Assembly (NCBI GenBank): GCA_029717555.1
Contig: JAMDHS010000041.1
Span: forward strand, 124,001 to 188,000
Origin: Peribolospora baueri
Taxonomy: Eukaryota
Direction: 5' to 3'
DNA length: 64,000 nt
Of this stretch, positions 27,032 through 40,300 are shown in pieces. The translations under genes and the position numbers were made by a program. Position 1 is the first letter of the stretch, and each line of letters starts with the position of its first letter. The notes beneath the pieces are model-generated. The model had not been told where the DNA came from. It saw only the letters and a list, made by a program, of their open reading frames with translations, and searched no databases.

Positions 27032-29362
27032 ATGAAGGACGATTACGCCACACCGGCTTATACCAGGCTCAAGAACAACACTAACCCGCACTGGTGGCGA
27101 GACCCTGGACTTAGAAAGCTCAACTTTTACGTCGCCGTCTTGCTCTTGACGCAATGCGCTTTTGGGTATGATGGCGCGCTCGTCAACGGTCTTCAGACCA
27201 TCCCGGCTTGGCAGTCGGCCATGAATGTGAGCAGCAACTGGCAGAAAGTTTCTCATCGTGGATGACTGGTGACTGACTGGTCCATGACCCTTCGGCTACA
27301 GTATCCAAAGGGCATCATCCTCTGTGGGATTGGCGCCGCTTATTCCATGGGCGCCTTGACCTCCGGCGCAATCTCTTCGTTAGTGCTTCTCTCGGTCACC
27401 GTCACCCCACTCGGGTTGTCTTTGGTTGTGAGGCTTGGGGACCTCAATGTGCGTTCCGCTGCTGCATGTGTTGACAGATTCCTCTGACAATGGCTTCATA
27501 CAGGCACATTGCCGACCGCTCGGGAAGAAAGTGGGCATAAGCGAGAAGCCAGTATTGGGAGAGCTCATTTGAGATGAAAAGACTTGCGTGACCTCTTCTT
27601 TGTCATCTCAATCCTGACTGTGCAAAACACAGGTACAGTGTAGTGATTGGCGCGGTCATCGTCGTCGCCGGGTCGATTGTGACCGCCGCCGCTCCCAATC
27701 GAAACGTTTTCATTGTCGGTCGACTCATCGTAGGCATTGGTTCCATCGCCGGTGCAACAGCTGCGCCGACATTGATCACCGAGATTGCGCATCCTCGCCA
27801 ACGAGCCCCTGTCACCTCATGTATCATACTTGTTATGTAAGTTGCCTTCCCTCAGGTGTCTGAGAGCCGCCGTGTCGACGCTGATACTCCAATCGCCTTA
27901 TTTTGGGGCCATCTACCCATCTATGTTTCAGGGCGGGCCCGTCCTTGTGCAACTCATCTTCATTTGGTTTGTGGTGCGTCCACGTTCAATCTCCGACGGG
28001 AACTGGTGGTCTTTCTCTTGTCTCATATCTTATCTTTTGATCTATAGCCTGAGAGCCCTTGATGGTACGTCAAGAAAGGCCGCGTCGACGACGCCAGGGC
28101 GGTGCTGGCAAGATACCACGCCAACGGCGACATTAATGACGAGCTCGTGAACTGGGAGGTCGAGGAAATCGTTAATGGTGAGAAAAGTGCCCATCATGCC
28201 GACTGGTCACTACATACATACTCATTTGGTCTCTCCGCTCTTCATGGACCCGTTAGCCCTTATGGAAGAAGAGCGAAGGGCAGAAGGCTGGAGCGCCTTC
28301 TTCAAGACGCCCGGCAACCGGCGCCGCTTCTGGATCGTCGTGGCCGTGGCCGTGTTTGCCCGGTGGAATGGAGTAGGACTCGTGTCTTACTATCTGGCCC
28401 CCATCCTGACATCTGTCGGCATCACCAACCCGCCGTCGCAGGGGGCAACCAACGGCGGTCTCCAAATCTGGAACCTCATCTGTGCTGTCGGCGGCAGCAT
28501 GGCTGTTGACAAACTTGGAAGGCGAGCGCTGTGGCTCAGCTCGACGGTGGCAATGCTGATTTGCTATGTTGTGCGTAAAACCTGAGGTGAACGCTTGCTT
28601 AAGGGATTCCTCAGGTGACTGACTCGCTCGTCTGGAACCCCTTTTATCTAACAGATTATCACCGCATGCTCGGCTGACTATGCTAACCACGGTAACACGG
28701 CTTCGGGTGGCACCGTCGTCGCATTAGTTTTCATCTACTACGGAGTGCGTTGATGTTTGCTTATATGTGCCAATGTGCGGCATATCTCTGACCTGTCTCC
28801 TTCCCTTTCGATAGTCCTACTATGTGGCGTATACCCCTCTCCTGGTCGCTTATCCTGCGGAGCTGCTACCCTACGGTCTACGCGCAAAGGGCATGTCCAT
28901 CATGAGGACCTTCGTGTTCTTGGCCCTCGTCTTCAACCAGCTGGTACGCGGTTAATCAAGCCGAACCTTTTCAAACGGACTACTCACCCTTTCCAACTTC
29001 TTGTGACAGGTCAACCCGATCGCTCTTGACTCTATCGGGTGGAAGTACTACACGGTCTATATTGCAGCCCTCGTCTTCATCTTTGTCATCATTTGGTCCT
29101 TCTTCCCCGAAACCCGCGGACGTAGCCTTGAAGAGGTGAGCTTTGAGCCGCAACCTCCCTCAACCGTCTTCATGTCTCTGTCGTTCGCACGCTTGTCCAG
29201 GTCGCGGAGATTTTCGACGGCAAGGACATTCGTCCCCAGATGGAGCACGTTGGGCATCAAGACTACAACGGTGTTGGTGTGGCTGCTAGCAAGGACACGG
29301 AAGCGAGGTCGGACGAGGGAGACAAGCCGCTTGCGGAGCATGCCCACCGCGAGTTTGCGTGA
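27032..29362 (+). pseudogene. MFS sugar porter (lactose permease LAC12/cellodextrin CDT-like), apparently disabled
   Basis: 'GYDGALVNGLQ', 'DRSGRK', 'EIAHPRQR', 'PESPWW', 'DKLGRR', 'YPAELLPYGLRAKG' and 'PETRGRSLEE'. A 1-nt frameshift near 27818 gives in-frame TAA 27838-27840. The splice acceptor is missing and there is an apparent internal deletion between YFGAI and PSMFQG (~27914). Confidence 0.72.
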
Positions 29363-30047
29363 CCGGCGTTCGAGTCGTCTCCCATATCGCTAAATAAGGG
29401 TCCAGGCGTGCTTGGCTGGCCTTTGGAGCCTGACACTGTGTCTCCCGGCGTTGAGATTCGCTATTTGGATATCCTTGAGTTTACTAATGTGTTGTGACTT
29501 CAGGAGTTGCACTGGTGTCGAGGAGTGCTTATTAAACATGCAAATGTCCGCACCGGTAGCAGGGATGCGACGTGCTGTCGAACCACCAAGAGCGTAAAGG
29601 TCCGCTTAAAGATATACTTTTCGACACGCTGTCACAATACCCGAGGCATCCTTAGCGACGACCGATACGTGTCTATGCGGCTGCCGCGACATCGTTGACC
29701 TGAATGTCGTGCAGCTGATGTTGTTTCATTTACCTTCAGCGAGTGCAAAGCGAAACCAAGTCCTTGATCACTCCTTGTAAGTCGGCGTCGCGGTGTCCCG
29801 CTAAAAATACATTATCTAAAGGGTGTCGTGTATCCCGATCGAAACAAGCGAGAAAAGGATAAAGGAATCCGAAAAGGTGGCAGACGAAGGCTTCCGTCTG
29901 GGATAACACTAATCTGTAGAGGAGAGAGAGGTAGCGCGTGCACGGCCCTTTGCCAGCCGTTCATATGCACTGCGCCGTACCCGTGTCCTTGCCGACGATA
30001 GGTACGGGGCGTTTTTCCATCTCCCTCTTATCCCTCTTCGTGGATCG

Positions 30048-32243
30048 CTAGCCGTCGTCCTCGCTAAAACGCCAAGAATCCCAAGTATCCGTCTCCTCCC
30101 CTCCCTCCTGATTTGCGCCTCTTCCCTCCTCCAACTCTGCCTCGGCGAGCAATCTCTCCTCCTCCAGTGAAGCGCGGCCATCATCTCTCCTCCCGACATT
30201 CGCACGTGTGTTGAAAGGCAGATCGCCAGCGCCCGTCGAGGACCCTTTGCGAGCTCGTATCGCTTCGACGCGCTTCATAGTCGAGCGATAGACAAAGATG
30301 CCCGTGAATATGGAGACGATCACGCCTAAGACGATGTAGACGCCTAAAATGCGCGGAAAATGACAGAGTGGAGAAGGAAAAGTACATCAGATATCAATTC
30401 TAGAACCTCCGCCGCCGCCTCTCGATGAACGGCGATCAACATCGCGGTCAGAGTAAACAGGGGAGATTCGCCGGGCTATCATGACGCCCGCTCAGATGCT
30501 TACCATTGAGAATCTTATCTGTGAGATGCATCTTGTTTCTCCTCTCATCGTCCAGCAGCTCGTACATCCGCGAGCCGATGAAGACGTGTAGTAGGAGCTT
30601 CGGAGTGATGAGACTGGATAGGAGAGGCCAAAAGGGCGGGAGGAGTGAAGCAGAACAGACGATCAGTTTGTCCCGGTGAGCGACCCGTTCCGACCTGAAA
30701 GCCAATGATAAGAGGGTTGATGGATGCAGGCGCCTCTGCTCACAGCGTCGCAAACAGGAATTGAGCTAACGAGACGCTCTCGACGGACTGTACCAAGTGC
30801 AAATAGCAAGCTTTAAAGTGAGTTGGCGAGTTCGTACCGCCAAGCCTTCCTTAAATTTGCGCGACCCACCGCAAAGAACAGATTAGAGTCTACCAGCCGA
30901 TCAAAGCGTCAAGAAAGATGGCGGTCAGCTAGACGTCCCGGGGGGTGTGACGCTGTCCGCTCGACGGCGGAAAGTCAAAGCTTACAAGTGAAGGGAAAAG
31001 GACAGAGACGGATGAGGATGACGAGGCGAGTACCCTCCTGGCGAACAGCCTCGGCCAGTGCCTCGAACCTCTCGTCCGACTTGAGTAGCGGGGCAAAGCG
31101 ATTGATTGCTAGCCGCAGAACGAGGAAGGAGGACAAGGAGCCGATGAGGCACTGCATGCGGCACCGAAGGAAAGGGGAATGTACGAGCAAACGTAAGCGA
31201 GAACCCATTCTTCCGTCCGACATCTCTACCTGGCGACTCCAGTCCGGACGCACTCACCCCGGCAGCGGCCACAAACCAACCGGGCATGCCGTAGGCGATG
31301 CCTGCCATGGTTACTATTGTGCCATATCCGATGACGGGAGGGAACGCTGTCACCGTCATGGCGGAGATGAGCAGAAGCCAACCGAGTGGGAAGTTACGGA
31401 TGCCACGCGCCAGTATAGCGATCCCTGGAAAGAGAGAAAGGAACAGGGGAAGAGGGAGAGAGAATACGAACAGTCAGTTCGGCGTGCGGCCCTCGTACTA
31501 ATACTTCCGGGATCACGGAGGAATGGGCACTCGCAGTCGAGGATCCGCTTGGGCGAAAGGATAATGATTGTTATCAGACTGGCCACATGTATGAGCACGA
31601 TGGCCCATAGGATCACCTGCGAAGCCGCGGTGGGGCAAGAGATGCAAGTGTGCACACGAAAACAGTCAGCAAAACTGTGAGAAAGACGAGCTCGCCGTCG
31701 GAACAAATCTTGGCCTGGTGCACAAGCAAACAAAAGGTATGCACCGTTACCGACCTTGGCGCGCATCCCCATCTGCTCGTACCTCCTCGTCGCTACCCGC
31801 AAGGCCTCCCTCGCCCTCCCGCTCCACAGCTCCCACAGCGTAGCCGTCTCCATCTCTTCCACTTCCCACACAAGTCTCGCCGCCACGTCGTCTTCCTCTT
31901 CTGCCCCTGCGCCACTGCCACTGCCCTCATAGGCGGGGGAGTGGTTATCGAGAGTAGCCGAGATCGTGTCATCTCGCATCAAACCATGTGGACTCGACCC
32001 TCCCCTATCTCCTCCGGTGGAGGATGTGCTCTGAAGGGAGGACCCGGGCGCTGGAGGGGAAGGCGAGTCGCGATACCTTCGACCTAGAGCCGGTGCAGTC
32101 TCCGATGCCTTTGCGAAATGAGGAGGGGAGAGGGTACGCAGCAGCGTGCCTCCCTCCTCGTCCTCCTCGTCCGAAGGGGAGGGCGGTAGGGGAAAGGTGG
32201 AAGGCGTACGCTCCTGTTGTCGCCGTCCGCGCGGGGCAGTCAT
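30048..32243 (-). CDS. TVP38: Golgi membrane protein TVP38 (SNARE-associated/DedA-VTT domain), multi-exon
   Basis: 'TAFPPVIGYGTIVTMAGIAYG..GW', 'FEALAEAVRQEGTRLVILIRLCPFPF', 'SNLFFA' and 'TPKLLLHVFIGSRM'. Confidence 0.88.
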
Positions 32244-32671
32244 CCTTTCCCTGCCTAGCCGTTCTTACTTCGTGCTTTGCTTGCTCCCTGAACGCCTTGG
32301 ACGCCCTCTTTCTGTCTCGTCGTGTTCCTGGCTTGACCTCGTTCAGGCGCAGCCATTCGTCCTTCGGGCTGTCGCCCGGCCCTCCGACGCACGAGATCTC
32401 TACTGCGGCACCTATTTCGGTCGAGCGTGAACGTGGCCTCCGTCAATATCCGATCGAAGAGAGCCGAGTGCAATGTTATATTCCAACGATCATGATATTT
32501 CCTTCCACTGAATCACAGCAGCTGACTGAACATCCTATTACGATCATCAAGTAACTGGCCAGCGTGACAGGGTCTCCGTCACCGTCACCTTGGCGACGAC
32601 GCGGCACGACCTGAGAGCCGATGTGGCCAGAGCATCGCCCTTGGGCGACGCAAGACAAACGTCATAGTCGT

Positions 32672-33715
32672 TTAAGCAAGAGTCTTGTTGAAGAAGGAGA
32701 TAAGAGCGCTGATGGAGCCCTCGTAAGCGTCCTTGATCTGAGGCTTGCTCAAGTCCGGACGGCAAGCGAAGCCGTGCACGGCGCCCTCGTACGTCTTGCT
32801 GAGGTCGGAGTAGAGGCCCTTCTCCTTGGCGGCCTTGAGGAAGGCGTCCTTCTTCTCCCCCGAAAATGCATCGTCCTCCTCAGCCATGTTGAAGAGGACG
32901 GGAGTGGAGAGCTTGTCCGCCTCGGCGGGCTCGAGGAGGGAAGGGTGGTTGAAGGCGATCGCATCGGCGAGACCGGCGTTGGAGGCGAGGAAGGTGATCT
33001 TGCCTCCGTAGCAGTAGCCCGTGGCACCCACCTTACCCTCCTTCTTGAGCTCCTTGAGCACAGGCTCCGTGAGGCCCCAGGCGACGTCGGGGCTGTGGCC
33101 CTTGCCGAACCCTGCGGAGCGTGGAGAGGACATGCAGTGAGTCATTGTTCCGTCTATCGCAGATCAACAAGTGAATCGTACGAAGAGAAAGGAGACATGG
33201 GATTGAGGACGCACAAGCCATGAGGTTCTTCATGTTTTCCGTCTTCTCCTCGTCAGTGACAGTGTCGGACGTGTGGCTCTTGTGCTTCATGGCCGACTCG
33301 GGAAGAGGGTCGCCTGGAAAGTCATGGGTGAATGGCAAGATGAGGGCGGACTCAAAAAACATGGCAAAGCTCGTTTTGCCTACACGCGAGGTCGGACGCA
33401 CCCTTAAAGTAGTCAACAACGACGACCTTCCTCCCGGTCTCCTTGGCGATGCGGTCGGCCATGATCTTCGCGTTGATAGCGAGACCGAAGACGTCGGGGA
33501 GGTAAGCGACGGCGCCAGCCTTCTTGGCGTCAATCGCGGGCTCGGCCACGTAGCAGTCCGTGCCGGCGATCTTGACGATCTTACCCTCGGGCGTGCCGGG
33601 GATGACAGCGTGTTCGGTGCACTGCGGAAGACGAAGAGGCGGGAGGATAAGCCCTTGCTTTCCACCCCGGCCGACGCTGGTCGATGAGGCTGCTCACCTT
33701 GTCACAGAAAGACAT
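32672..33715 (-). CDS. Dienelactone hydrolase family alpha/beta hydrolase (AIM2-like)
   Basis: 'MSFCDKC...GTPEGKIVKIAGTDCYVA', 'LPDVFG', 'DYFKGDP', nucleophile 'GYCYGG', 'AEEDDAF' and 'YEGAVHGFACR'. Confidence 0.92.
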
Positions 33716-34356
33716 GATAGGTAGGTAGATAGTAGCGATGACAGACGGTGGGAGATGGAGGATGGAGGATGAGGAAGAAAGTGTGAGCGAGGAGGTACCA
33801 ATCCGTTTTGCGGCTGCCGACGTCGGCTCTTATTTTTGTATCCTCTCCGTCCTCGCCGGCCGTCGTCTTTACTTGCCGGTCAGTACGTCAGTCCGGCGGT
33901 TCGGCCTCGGCATTATCGGCCGAGTGCTTCTAGCATAGCCGCCTGACTGCGGGCAATTAGTCCTGACTGCGGCAATCATAGTTGGCGCAAGCAGGGTGAG
34001 AACATTAACTATGAACTGCTTCCACGAGAGTGCTGCGGCCAAGCGAACAAGGAACAAGTACAAGCAGAACGGGGAGAACGAAGAATGAACGAGCAGAGGT
34101 ATATACGAGCGTAAGGGTAGATAGGTAGATAGATGGATAGGTAGAAGGGCTGGCTGGTAAAAGAACCGGCTCAAAGAGCTGTGGATACGACCTACGGTCA
34201 CCAGCACCGACAACGACAGCGTGCACTGGCCGCGATAAGGAAGAAGAGGAAGATCGACTAGTACGAGACAATTGCGTCGATGATTTGAGGTGACAAATAG
34301 GATCGACCTGGGAATACGAGCCTGCCGACTCTGGGATTCCGAGTCTGTCTTCGGGG

Positions 34357-37300
34357 TCACCGCCGGGGAGCAGGCGCTGTACACAGAGGACCAGGTCAGC
34401 ACGACCATCAATAGAAGCCCAACACCGAAGTCAACACCGAAGTGCGCACTCTTCCGGTAGCGCGCTTTTGACTCACCGAAGTTGACGGAGACGGGCGCGA
34501 GGAAGTCCCGCCTTCCTCGCACCGGAGAGATGTCTATCCGGGCTGCGGCCAAAGGAGGCGGCGCGTCGTCTGTGGACAAGTGTAATGGAAGGGGATGGAC
34601 GTGATTTTGACCAGACTCATAAGAAGGGGATATCTTCGAGCAGAGCGGCCGACAGAAGAGAAAGCGCTAACTCACCGTTCGCCATAGATATGGGCGGGGG
34701 AGCGAGTGTTGCCGCCGACTGTACGGTGACACCAAGCCGAAGACGCCATTAGCAAAGCTGCGAACAGAAGGCCCACCGGCGCCGGCGACGTCTGAACTCA
34801 CCCCAAGGTGCTTGGCTTTGATGGCGAACAGATCCGAAATCTCTTGCTCGAGCGCCTTCTTCGCCTCGCGAATTTGGGCGACATCGTCGAACATGTTCAC
34901 CACCTCTTGGCTTAGCACCTTCTTCAGGTCCTCTGCATGGTGATTCACATTCGCGTTGAGCATCTCCCGAGCCGCTGAATGGACTGCATGGAGCATTCGC
35001 TCGTTGTGCTGGCCATGGTCGACGATGAACTCTGTTAAATGGGAGAACAGGCCAACGGTCGAACGAACGCACGAGCCTCTCAGCTCATGTCTTTCGGAGA
35101 ACGGTAGTGGCTCGCTCCAGTCGCCAATGACACTTACGATCGATCATCTGCTTCATCACGGTGTCTTGCTCCGACCTGCTCTTCGCCTGGTCCTCCCGCT
35201 GCTGATTGATCGCCTGGACCAGCATCTCGATGGCTGGGCGAGGAACACAGGGAAAGAAGCTGAATGAGTACCAGTGCCATTGTCCACCCAGACAGATGGG
35301 GCATGCTCACCCGTCTTGGGATCGAGATCCCTGTCCTCGGCTGCCTTCCTGGCCTCCTCCTCTGCCCTGGCGCTTTCCAGCCTGCCGAACAGCATCTCCA
35401 TAAGCGAGAACCTCCCGTGCTCCTCAGCCTCCCTTCTCCTCCTCTCCCGATCCGCCTCGTACGCTTCTCGGTCCGCCTTTTCCTTCTCAGCCCTGAGCCT
35501 CGCCTCCTCCCTTTCCCTCGCATCCAACTCCTTCCTCTCGATCAGGTGCTTGAGAATCTCTTCCACGGCCAGACCGAGGGCGCCCACACTTGGCGCATCG
35601 CCCGTGATGCTCGGGGCCGAGCCGCCGCCACTGGCAGCTTCCACCTTGGACTCTTTCGGGGCTTCGTCCTTTTTCTCCTCCGATTGCTCCTTGGTCGCCT
35701 CCGCCGCTGTCCCAGCAGCATCTTCGACGACGCTCTCGGCCTTGTCCTTTGCATCGCCTCCCTCTGCCGCATCTGTCGCGCCTTTGGCCTCTTCCTTGGC
35801 CTCCTCCTTGGGCCCCTCCTTGGCCTCCTCCTTGGCTTCCTCCTTGGCCTCCTCCTTGGCCTCCTCCTCGGCCTCCTCCTTGGCCCCTTCCTTAGCTGCA
35901 CTAGTCTCTGCAGCAGCAGCAGCTTCCGCCAGTTCCTTCCTGGCGTACCAAGTCCACTTTCGCCGGAGGCCGTCTCTCTCCTCCTTCTCCGCGTTGGGTG
36001 CCCATACCTTAGCGCGGGAGGTGTGCCGACGAGACCCAAACCTGCGTTCCCAGGGTCGGTGAGCCATGTCATCGATCATCGCCGCTTCCATCGCTTCCGG
36101 TGGCGGACCGTCGAGCGGCGGGCCAACCGGAGGTGGGGCGACAGCTGGAGGGAGTAGAAAAGAAGAAAGGTCACAAATCAAGGCGTCAGCTCAAGGAGCT
36201 CTTAGCAACCACAACTTATAGCCCCCTGGAGATACGCACGACCTTCACCCGCGGCAACGTCTGGCGGAGGACCAAGAGGTGGCGGGGCGGACGGGACGTG
36301 ACTTATCGACCGAGACCCGAGAGGCGAGGACCCAGACTCGATCCTCTCGATCACGGTGCCAGGAGGAGGACTCAATGGTGGACCCACGACGCTTCGCGGA
36401 CCTACGGACATTGGGCCCATTGGGCCCATCGGACCCATCGGACCCATCGGACCTATCGGACCCATCGGCGGAGGCCCCATTCCCACGCCAGGAGGAGGGC
36501 CCATTGGTGCACCCATCCCAGGTCCCATTGGCCCCATACTCATCCCCATACCAGGAGGTCCCATCCCCTGTACTCCGCCCATCTCAGGGGGCGGGCCCAT
36601 GGGAGGTGGGGCAGAGGGCATCCTCATACTGCCATGCGGGCCTCCCGCAACACTCGGTGGGTAGTACGTCGACGAGACGTCTGGAGGCGGCGAGCGGGGC
36701 GGAGGGGCTGCAGGTTGTCCCATCCCGGGCTCCGGCATCCGCATTCTGCCGGATCCGGACTCCCCTCCTTCGACGGCAGCACCACCCCCATCCGTCGGGA
36801 TCCCTCCCGATCCGGGCGGCCTTCCCCTACTTCCATTAGAACTGGTCTGGTTGGCGAACGCTTCGAGCATCTCTTTCCTTTCTCGTTCTCGATCCGCCTG
36901 GTCTCGCTCCAGCCACTTGTTGAGCTCCACGAGGTAGCGCGCAATGTCCGCCTGCTGACGGCTGTGGTGCTCGCGCGCCGCCTCGTGCTCTTTGAGCAAC
37001 GTCATGAGTTCAGCCACCCCAACTCCACCCTCTGCGCCTGCTGCAGCTGACCCGAGTCCTCCGCCGCGACTATGATGAGACGTGCCTTCCGACACTGAAG
37101 GCCCGCGGGTATCGCGGACTGTCCTCTCAGAATCCGGAGAAGACAGCCTCGTAGCAGCACGCGGGGAACCAGTATCCCCGGCAGTCCAGAATTGGGAAGG
37201 CACGGACTCGGAAACGGAGGCTCCATCTGCATCGACGAGTGTCCGAGGGCGGTGCGAAGAGGCTACGCTGCGACTCGTAGTGGGCCGGATTGATGCCGCA

Positions 37301-40300
37301 TCGTGGGTCGTCCAAGGCTGAGCTTCGCGTTCAGAAATCGACGGCGCGCTGCCATCCGCGGCCGTGTGAGGACGCAGAAAGGAAGATCTGGGTGGAGATC
37401 GCACAGAGGTGGTGTCGCGCGTCGTCCAATCCTGAGGCGGGATGCCTTCGCTCATCGGGGCCGGCGCGGAACCTTCCGTGACCGTGCGAGGGCGCGGGAA
37501 CGACGGAGACGTGGCACCAGGACGAGGGGTTGCTGCATCACGAGTCGTCCAGGACTGGGAAGGGGGGCGATCGAACATTGGAGGCGCGCCATTATCAGCG
37601 TCGGTGTGAGGTTGAGGAAACGGCATCGCGCTGGCCGGAGTACGTGGGGAGCCAAGGCCACCGCGTGTTCGGGAGCGAAAGGTCACGCGAGAGGTGGCCC
37701 TAGAGGCGGAGCGAGGGGGACCATGGACGTCCGTCAATTCACGCCGGTCCTGCGTGGAGGCAAGCTCTGAGGATTTGACGCTGTTCGGAGGCGGCGAAGG
37801 CGCAGAGAGAGAAGTCAACGTGGGCGGAGGCGGGGACGGCAAATCGCCGCTCGCCCAGGAGCGCGGTGTGATTCGAGATGAGCTGACTGCCGAGGGAGAG
37901 GGTCCGATGTTGTGGTCTTCAACCGATTCATGCGCCCCATAGATGGTGGGAAGCTCTCTTATCGCGTCCCCATCCTCGCTCAATGGCGGCGAATCCGGCC
38001 TCTCCGACAACGACGAAGCAGAGACATCCTCGATTCTTCGAAGCAGAAGCTGGAGCAAGTTCTCGATGCGCGATAGCTCCGAGGATGTGGTACTTAAGCG
38101 ACTGGCTCCGCTGGGCATGCGCCTGAGAGTGCCAGACTTGCTGCGTTGAGACCCGGAACGGGTGACGTCGCGCTCCAGGATCGTCGAGACGCGGTTCTGA
38201 CCCTCGAATACAAAGCCGACGAGGTTAAGCAGGCGATCGAGCTTGTCCTTCATCGATTCGAGGTCCTCTTGGGCAACTGAGCTCATAGTTGACGAATGCC
38301 GGTCGCTGACGCTCCGCACGTCCGCTGAGGAGGAGAGGGTCGCGACCACTCCGCGAAGGCCTTCCTGCACCTCTCGCACTTGTGTCTGGAGCTGCTGTTC
38401 GCGGGCGACGCGCTGCGTCTGCTGATCCTCGAGGTAAAGCAGAAGTCGCTGGACATCTTCGCTGACGATCGTACTAGGCAGGGAAAGATGGCTGGAGGGC
38501 TGTTCGTGTCCACGATCCGGACGGGCCACATGCGATGGCTCGAGATGATCTGTCCGGCCTCTCTGTGATCGGTAGGACACAACGGACGCTCGCTGCGAAG
38601 CCGACTCCTCTGGGCCAATCTCGGTGGGTGGAGCGTCGTGACGGACGAGCGTGCTGGGCACGGAGACCTGGCTGGGGGGCCGTTCGAAAACACGGTCATC
38701 GTCACCAATGAGCCCTTGAACGAGATCTCGAGTTCCTCTCCGCGGTCCATATGAGCGGATGGACGCCGGTTGCGAGGCCGATTCTGAGGGGCGAATGTCG
38801 TCTTTGAACTCATAGTTCATCACGCTATTCCTGGCGCTTTCGAGTACGTCGCTGAGAGATATAGGTAAGAGAGGCGGACAGAGAAAATTCCATAAGCCAC
38901 ACGCGACCCTTGCTGGGGCAGTCACACGACGCTCAGATGGCCGATGGGACCAGTCCGGTCCGTAGAATCAGAGGTGCGGGGAAAACTCACGAAATGGCCC
39001 CCATCCATGCAACGCGGTCTCTGGCGCTCATCGAGCCAAGCCTCTCTACACCGTCGTCGAAGATGAGCTGATAAGGGAAGAGGCGGAGCAGGCCAGCCTT
39101 GCGAGCCGCAATCGCGCCGAGGTCGTGGAGGGACGAAGAGTGGTAAGGGGAGGGTACTGCGTGCACTTCTCGGCAGGCACGGAGATCAAGGACGACGTTT
39201 TCGCGTCCGCCGCGAGGAGGGATCCAGGAGAGAGCGAGGGCCGTGGGAAGGAGAATGGCGTGCGCTTCGTGCCATCGGGGCTCGTCTTGTTCGCGATGGT
39301 TGAAATAGGACACGACGCCGGCGCGGAGGGGCTATAAACAAGCGCCGATAGAGAAGAGAAAGAAGCGGAGGCAAGTTAGTCAGCTTGCCAATAACCGGCG
39401 GGAACACCGTGTGATGGGAGCGACGCTCACAGTACTGTCCTCCCCGATAAGATCCACCGCACCCTGTGACGTGCGCGAAAGCGATCCCTCCCCCTTCGAG
39501 AACATGCTATTGTTCGTTCCGCTCCTGCTTCTCTCCGATCTCCGCGACTTCGGGCTTCCATTGGAGGTAGTCCACTCGCTGCGGTGGCCGCCACCCGTTT
39601 CGTACTCAGCTCCGCCGGTACTGGAAGCGCGCTCCGAATCCATGAATGGAGAAGCTTCATGAGGCAGGGGTGGTAAAGGAGCATCCTCGCGTCGGAAAGA
39701 GGACGACGAGAGCGTCACCGCCTCCCTCGCCCCCGTCGGACCTCGACCGCGCAATGTCGCGTCACCCTCAGCCATAACCCTGTACTGGCCATCGTCGTGA
39801 GTCCGGGAAGGTGCCGTGTCCAATCTTCCCATAGCAGAGTAGGTCGGGCCGGACGTGTGAGAAGGCGGAGGGCTAAAATCGCCGCGCCAAGGTGAGGGGA
39901 CGTCGCTTTCCGAGAAACCTTTCCTCATCCTCGACGAAGCGAGCCGTGACCGCGTTTTGGGAGACAAAGGCTTGTCTCGCGCAATCTCCTCACCGCCACC
40001 ACCGCCATGAGGGTCAGGACCGGAGGAGAGAGCGGCACCGACAAGAAGAGCAGAGCCCGGGCCGTCGGCCACCGTTACGTTAAAGGGATCGGGGAGATTT
40101 TCCTTTTCTCGAAGGGGTCTGCGCGTTCGTGCTGGTGAAAGCGTTACCGTTCCTCCTGCGCCTATCGTTGGCGTCGTTGTGGTCGTCGTCGCAATCTTCT
40201 TCACTTGAGCGGGCGTCGCGTCGCCGCCAGGCAAACTAGTAGGCGCGGTGCTCGTAGCCCCCCCCCACTCGTCTTTGTTGCCGCTGCTGCTCCTCGAGCT

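Noticed and set aside
32621..33223. Long antisense ORFs over real genes (also 35264-36157, 11737-12384, 49000-49524)
   Set aside because: These are shadow ORFs expected from GC-rich, biased codon usage, with no independent motifs.
36409..36465. Collagen triple-helix domain
   Set aside because: Only six G-P-x triplets, inside an intracellular low-complexity region; too short.
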